DNA of 61,712 nucleotides, the filler included. It is 6 parts of 6 records of this genome, joined end to end, with 100 filler letters (N's around TTAATTAATTAA, not from the genome) between each part and the next. Parts side by side here need not be neighbours in the genome. Positions count along the whole stretch, not along the records: positions 42,491 to 61,712 come from SRR2962707_4448; 5 more parts are not named here. One strand, written 5' to 3'. Under the pieces are notes generated by a model. That model was given only the letters and a program-made list of their open reading frames with translations, ran no database searches and was not told where the DNA came from. Below, one piece after another: positions 59,091 through 61,712 of this stretch; position 1 is the first letter of the stretch, and each line of letters begins with the position of its first letter. The translations under genes and the position numbers were made by a program.

Positions 59091-60134
59091 ATGACATCCG
59101 TCAAACTGACCGCCTCTGTTCTGGCGATCGCTGCCGTTTCGGCAACCGCAGCTGCCGCACGTGACAACGTGCAGGTCGCCGGTTCGTCAACCGTTCTGCC
59201 ATATGCATCGATCGTTGCAGAAGCATTCGGTGAAAACTTTGACTTCCCAACACCCGTGGTTGAATCCGGTGGTTCGTCCGCGGGCCTCAAGCGCTTCTGC
59301 GAAGGTGTCGGCGAAAACACGATTGACGTTGCCAACGCATCGCGCAAAATCAAAGACAAAGAAATCAAAGCCTGTGCCGAAGCTGGTGTTACAGACATCA
59401 TCGAAGTACGTATCGGCTATGATGGCATCGTGTTCGCAAGCCAGATCAACGGCCCAGCGTTCAACGCATTCGAACCCATCGACCTGTTCAACGCTTTGGG
59501 TGCCAAAGTTGTTGTAGACGGCGCATTGGTCGAAAACCCCAACAAAATGTGGTCGGACCTCAACGCTGATTTGCCAGCGGTAGAAATCTCTGCATTCATT
59601 CCGGGCACAAAGCACGGCACACGCGAAGTTTTCGAAACAAAAGTTTTGGAAGCTGGTTGTAAAGCCGCCGGCGCTTACGACATCTACTTCGCTGAAAATG
59701 GTGGCGACAAGAAAGCTGCAGCTGCGGCCTGTTTCGAAGTCCGCACAGACGGCGTTTCGGTTGATATCGACGGTGACTACACAGAAACACTGGCGCGTAT
59801 CGACAGCAACACCAACGGTATCGGTGTCTTCGGTCTGGCTTTCTACGAAAACAACACAGACAAGCTGAAAGTTGCAACAATGGGTGGCGTTGCGCCTTCC
59901 ACTGAAAGCATCGCAACAGGCGAATACCCTGTGTCGCGCCCATTGTTCTTCTACGTCAAGAAAGCGCATATCGGCGTTATCCCTGGCCTGAAAGAATATG
60001 CAGAGTTCTTCGTTGCAGATGAGATCGCTGGCTCGGATGGTCCTTTGTCTGAGTACGGTCTGGTTGCAGATCCAGAACTGGCAAAAACTCAAGAGCTGGT
60101 CGCTGACGAGCACGTAATGGGTTCAAACATGTAA
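59091..60134 (+). CDS. pstS: Phosphate ABC transporter substrate-binding protein
   Basis: AGSSTVLP, ESGGSSAG, ANASR, HGTRE, YPVSRPLFFY; Pho box upstream. Confidence 0.95.
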   Translation: MTSVKLTASVLAIAAVSATAAAARDNVQVAGSSTVLPYASIVAEAFGENFDFPTPVVESGGSSAGLKRFCEGVGENTIDVANASRKIKDKEIKACAEAGVTDIIEVRIGYDGIVFASQINGPAFNAFEPIDLFNALGAKVVVDGALVENPNKMWSDLNADLPAVEISAFIPGTKHGTREVFETKVLEAGCKAAGAYDIYFAENGGDKKAAAAACFEVRTDGVSVDIDGDYTETLARIDSNTNGIGVFGLAFYENNTDKLKVATMGGVAPSTESIATGEYPVSRPLFFYVKKAHIGVIPGLKEYAEFFVADEIAGSDGPLSEYGLVADPELAKTQELVADEHVMGSNM

Positions 60135-60150
60135 GCCATTGGCTTATGCG

Positions 60151-60181
60151 AAGGGGCGGCGTTTTTAGCCGCCCCGTTTTT
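60151..60181 (+). terminator. Stem-loop between pstS and pstC
   Basis: GGGGCGGC-GTTTTTA-GCCGCCCC followed by GTTTTT. Confidence 0.6.
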
Positions 60182-60221
60182 GTTTTCTACGTTTCACTTC
60201 AACCTCACAATCGGAGCCTTC

Positions 60222-61709
60222 ATGCCTGTACTTTGGCTGATCCTATTGGTGCTCGCGATTGCGGCACTGGGATATGTTCTCGGCCGCATGCGCGCCCTGC
60301 GTTCTGCCGGCGGCGACGCCAGGAACCTGCACTCCTTGTCGTCCTATTATGGGACAAACGTTGCACTATCTTCGCTGGTTCCGGCATTTGGAGTGTTGTT
60401 GATTTGGTTGCTCGCGCAACCTTTTCTTATTGATAGCGCAATACGGGCCCAGCTGCCCGAAAAGGCGGTGTCAGAAGGTTCGACAATTGGCCTTGTCATG
60501 TCGGACGTCCGTCGTATCGCTGACGGGCTGAATTTTGCGGTTTCGCAAGGGACAATGACCAAAGAGCAAGCCGGTTCCTTGCGCACAGAGTTGACAGACG
60601 TTCGTCAACGCCTGGGCGACGTCGGTGTTGCCCTGGGATCCGATGTGACAAGCCCAGTGCTGGAAGCGGCGCAAAAGCTGCGGACGCTGCATGCGCGGGG
60701 CAACCTGCTGATGACCGTCGCAGTTCTGGCCCTCGCAATTGCCGGGTTCTCTTGGTCTTATCTGAGAACAGACAAGGATTTTCGCGCTAGAAACGTCGTA
60801 GAAACCGGCATCAAAATGCTTTTGATCGGCGCATCCCTGATCGCGGTCCTCACCACTGTTGGAATCATTCTTTCGCTGATTTTCAACACGATCGAATTCT
60901 TCAAGCTGTATCCAGCATCACAGTTCTTCTTCTCGACGACTTGGCTGCCGTCCTTTGGTGGCGGTCTTGACCACGATGGTAATCCCTTGTCGAAGCTTGG
61001 TATTCTGCCGCTTCTTTGGGGAACGCTTTATGTCTCGCTGATTGCGCTTGCGGTGGCGGTTCCGATCGGGCTGTTTGCTGCTGTCTATCTGTCGGAATAT
61101 GCGGGCCCAAAAGTTCGGTCCTTCGCAAAACCGCTGTTGGAAGTTTTGGCTGGCATCCCGACGATCGTGTACGGCTTGTTTGCCCTTGTGACCGTCGGCC
61201 CAATTTTGGTGAACATGTTCGGTTCCGGTTCCGTCGGCTGGATGCAATCCGGCACGGCGGTTATGACGGCCGGTCTTGTTATGGGTATCATGTTGATCCC
61301 CTTTGTCAGCTCTTTGTCGGATGACATCATCAACTCGGTACCACAGTCGCTGCGTGACGGATCCTACGGTTTGGGTGCAACAAAGTCTGAGACCATCAAA
61401 CAGGTGATCTTGCCAGCCGCCCTACCAGGGATTGTCGGAGCCATCCTGTTGGCTGCCAGTCGCGCCATTGGTGAAACCATGATCGTTGTTCTTGGGGCAG
61501 GGGCCGCCGCACGCCTCAGCATGAACCCTTTCGAAGCCATGACCACCGTAACCGCCAAAATCGTCAGCCAACTTACCGGGGATGCTGATTTCGCCAGCCC
61601 CGAAGCCTTGGTCGCTTTTGCCCTTGGCATGACCCTCTTCGTTTTGACGTTGGGCCTTAACGTCCTGGCGCTTTACATCGTTCGCAAATACCGGGAGCAG
61701 TACGAATGA
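60222..61709 (+). CDS. pstC: Phosphate ABC transporter permease
   Basis: LHSL N-terminal extension, YLSEYA, LAGIPTIVYG, SRAIGETMIV. Confidence 0.95.
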   Translation: MPVLWLILLVLAIAALGYVLGRMRALRSAGGDARNLHSLSSYYGTNVALSSLVPAFGVLLIWLLAQPFLIDSAIRAQLPEKAVSEGSTIGLVMSDVRRIADGLNFAVSQGTMTKEQAGSLRTELTDVRQRLGDVGVALGSDVTSPVLEAAQKLRTLHARGNLLMTVAVLALAIAGFSWSYLRTDKDFRARNVVETGIKMLLIGASLIAVLTTVGIILSLIFNTIEFFKLYPASQFFFSTTWLPSFGGGLDHDGNPLSKLGILPLLWGTLYVSLIALAVAVPIGLFAAVYLSEYAGPKVRSFAKPLLEVLAGIPTIVYGLFALVTVGPILVNMFGSGSVGWMQSGTAVMTAGLVMGIMLIPFVSSLSDDIINSVPQSLRDGSYGLGATKSETIKQVILPAALPGIVGAILLAASRAIGETMIVVLGAGAAARLSMNPFEAMTTVTAKIVSQLTGDADFASPEALVAFALGMTLFVLTLGLNVLALYIVRKYREQYE

Positions 61710-61712
61710 CCG

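Overview
This window is not one continuous locus. It is six unrelated contigs joined by artificial 100-nt spacers (N-run, TTAATTAATTAA, N-run). (1) 1-10595, alphaproteobacterial (Rhodospirillales-like): GntR/HutC regulator, DUF2849-cysI-DUF934 sulfite reductase operon, Ser/Thr kinase, and a truncated giant RTX adhesin with Ig-like, PA14 and LamG domains. (2) 10696-21264: the 3' end of glnA directly followed by the late region of a podovirus-like prophage (tail protein, tail fibre, putative DNA-ejection proteins, an antisense Rap1a-like moron, lysis genes). (3) 21365-27101: amino-acid ABC permeases, AstE/AspA-family hydrolase, deoC, deoB, DsbA/FrnE-family protein. (4) 27202-32752, high-GC alphaproteobacterial: tRNA 5' fragment, MAPEG, HupE/UreJ, GluR0-like channel, ChaA, a small membrane protein, a diguanylate cyclase and an SLC13 fragment. 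(5) 32853-42390, AT-rich Bacteroidota-like: NUMOD4/HNH protein, B12-binding MerR, sigma factor, crtI-crtB-crtZ, prolyl oligopeptidase, serS. (6) 42491-61712, Rhodobacteraceae-like: Liv-type ABC transporter, class II DAHP synthase, yicC-gmk, phoR, GT61, pstS-pstC. The best candidate for a new system is the prophage moron. It is a secreted Rap1a-like protein wedged antisense between two ejection genes, and its C-terminal tail repeats the 'LSDEEL' helix motif found at the N-terminus of the neighbouring ejection protein, which suggests decoy-based superinfection exclusion. Taxonomic and family calls come from motif recognition only; no searches were run.
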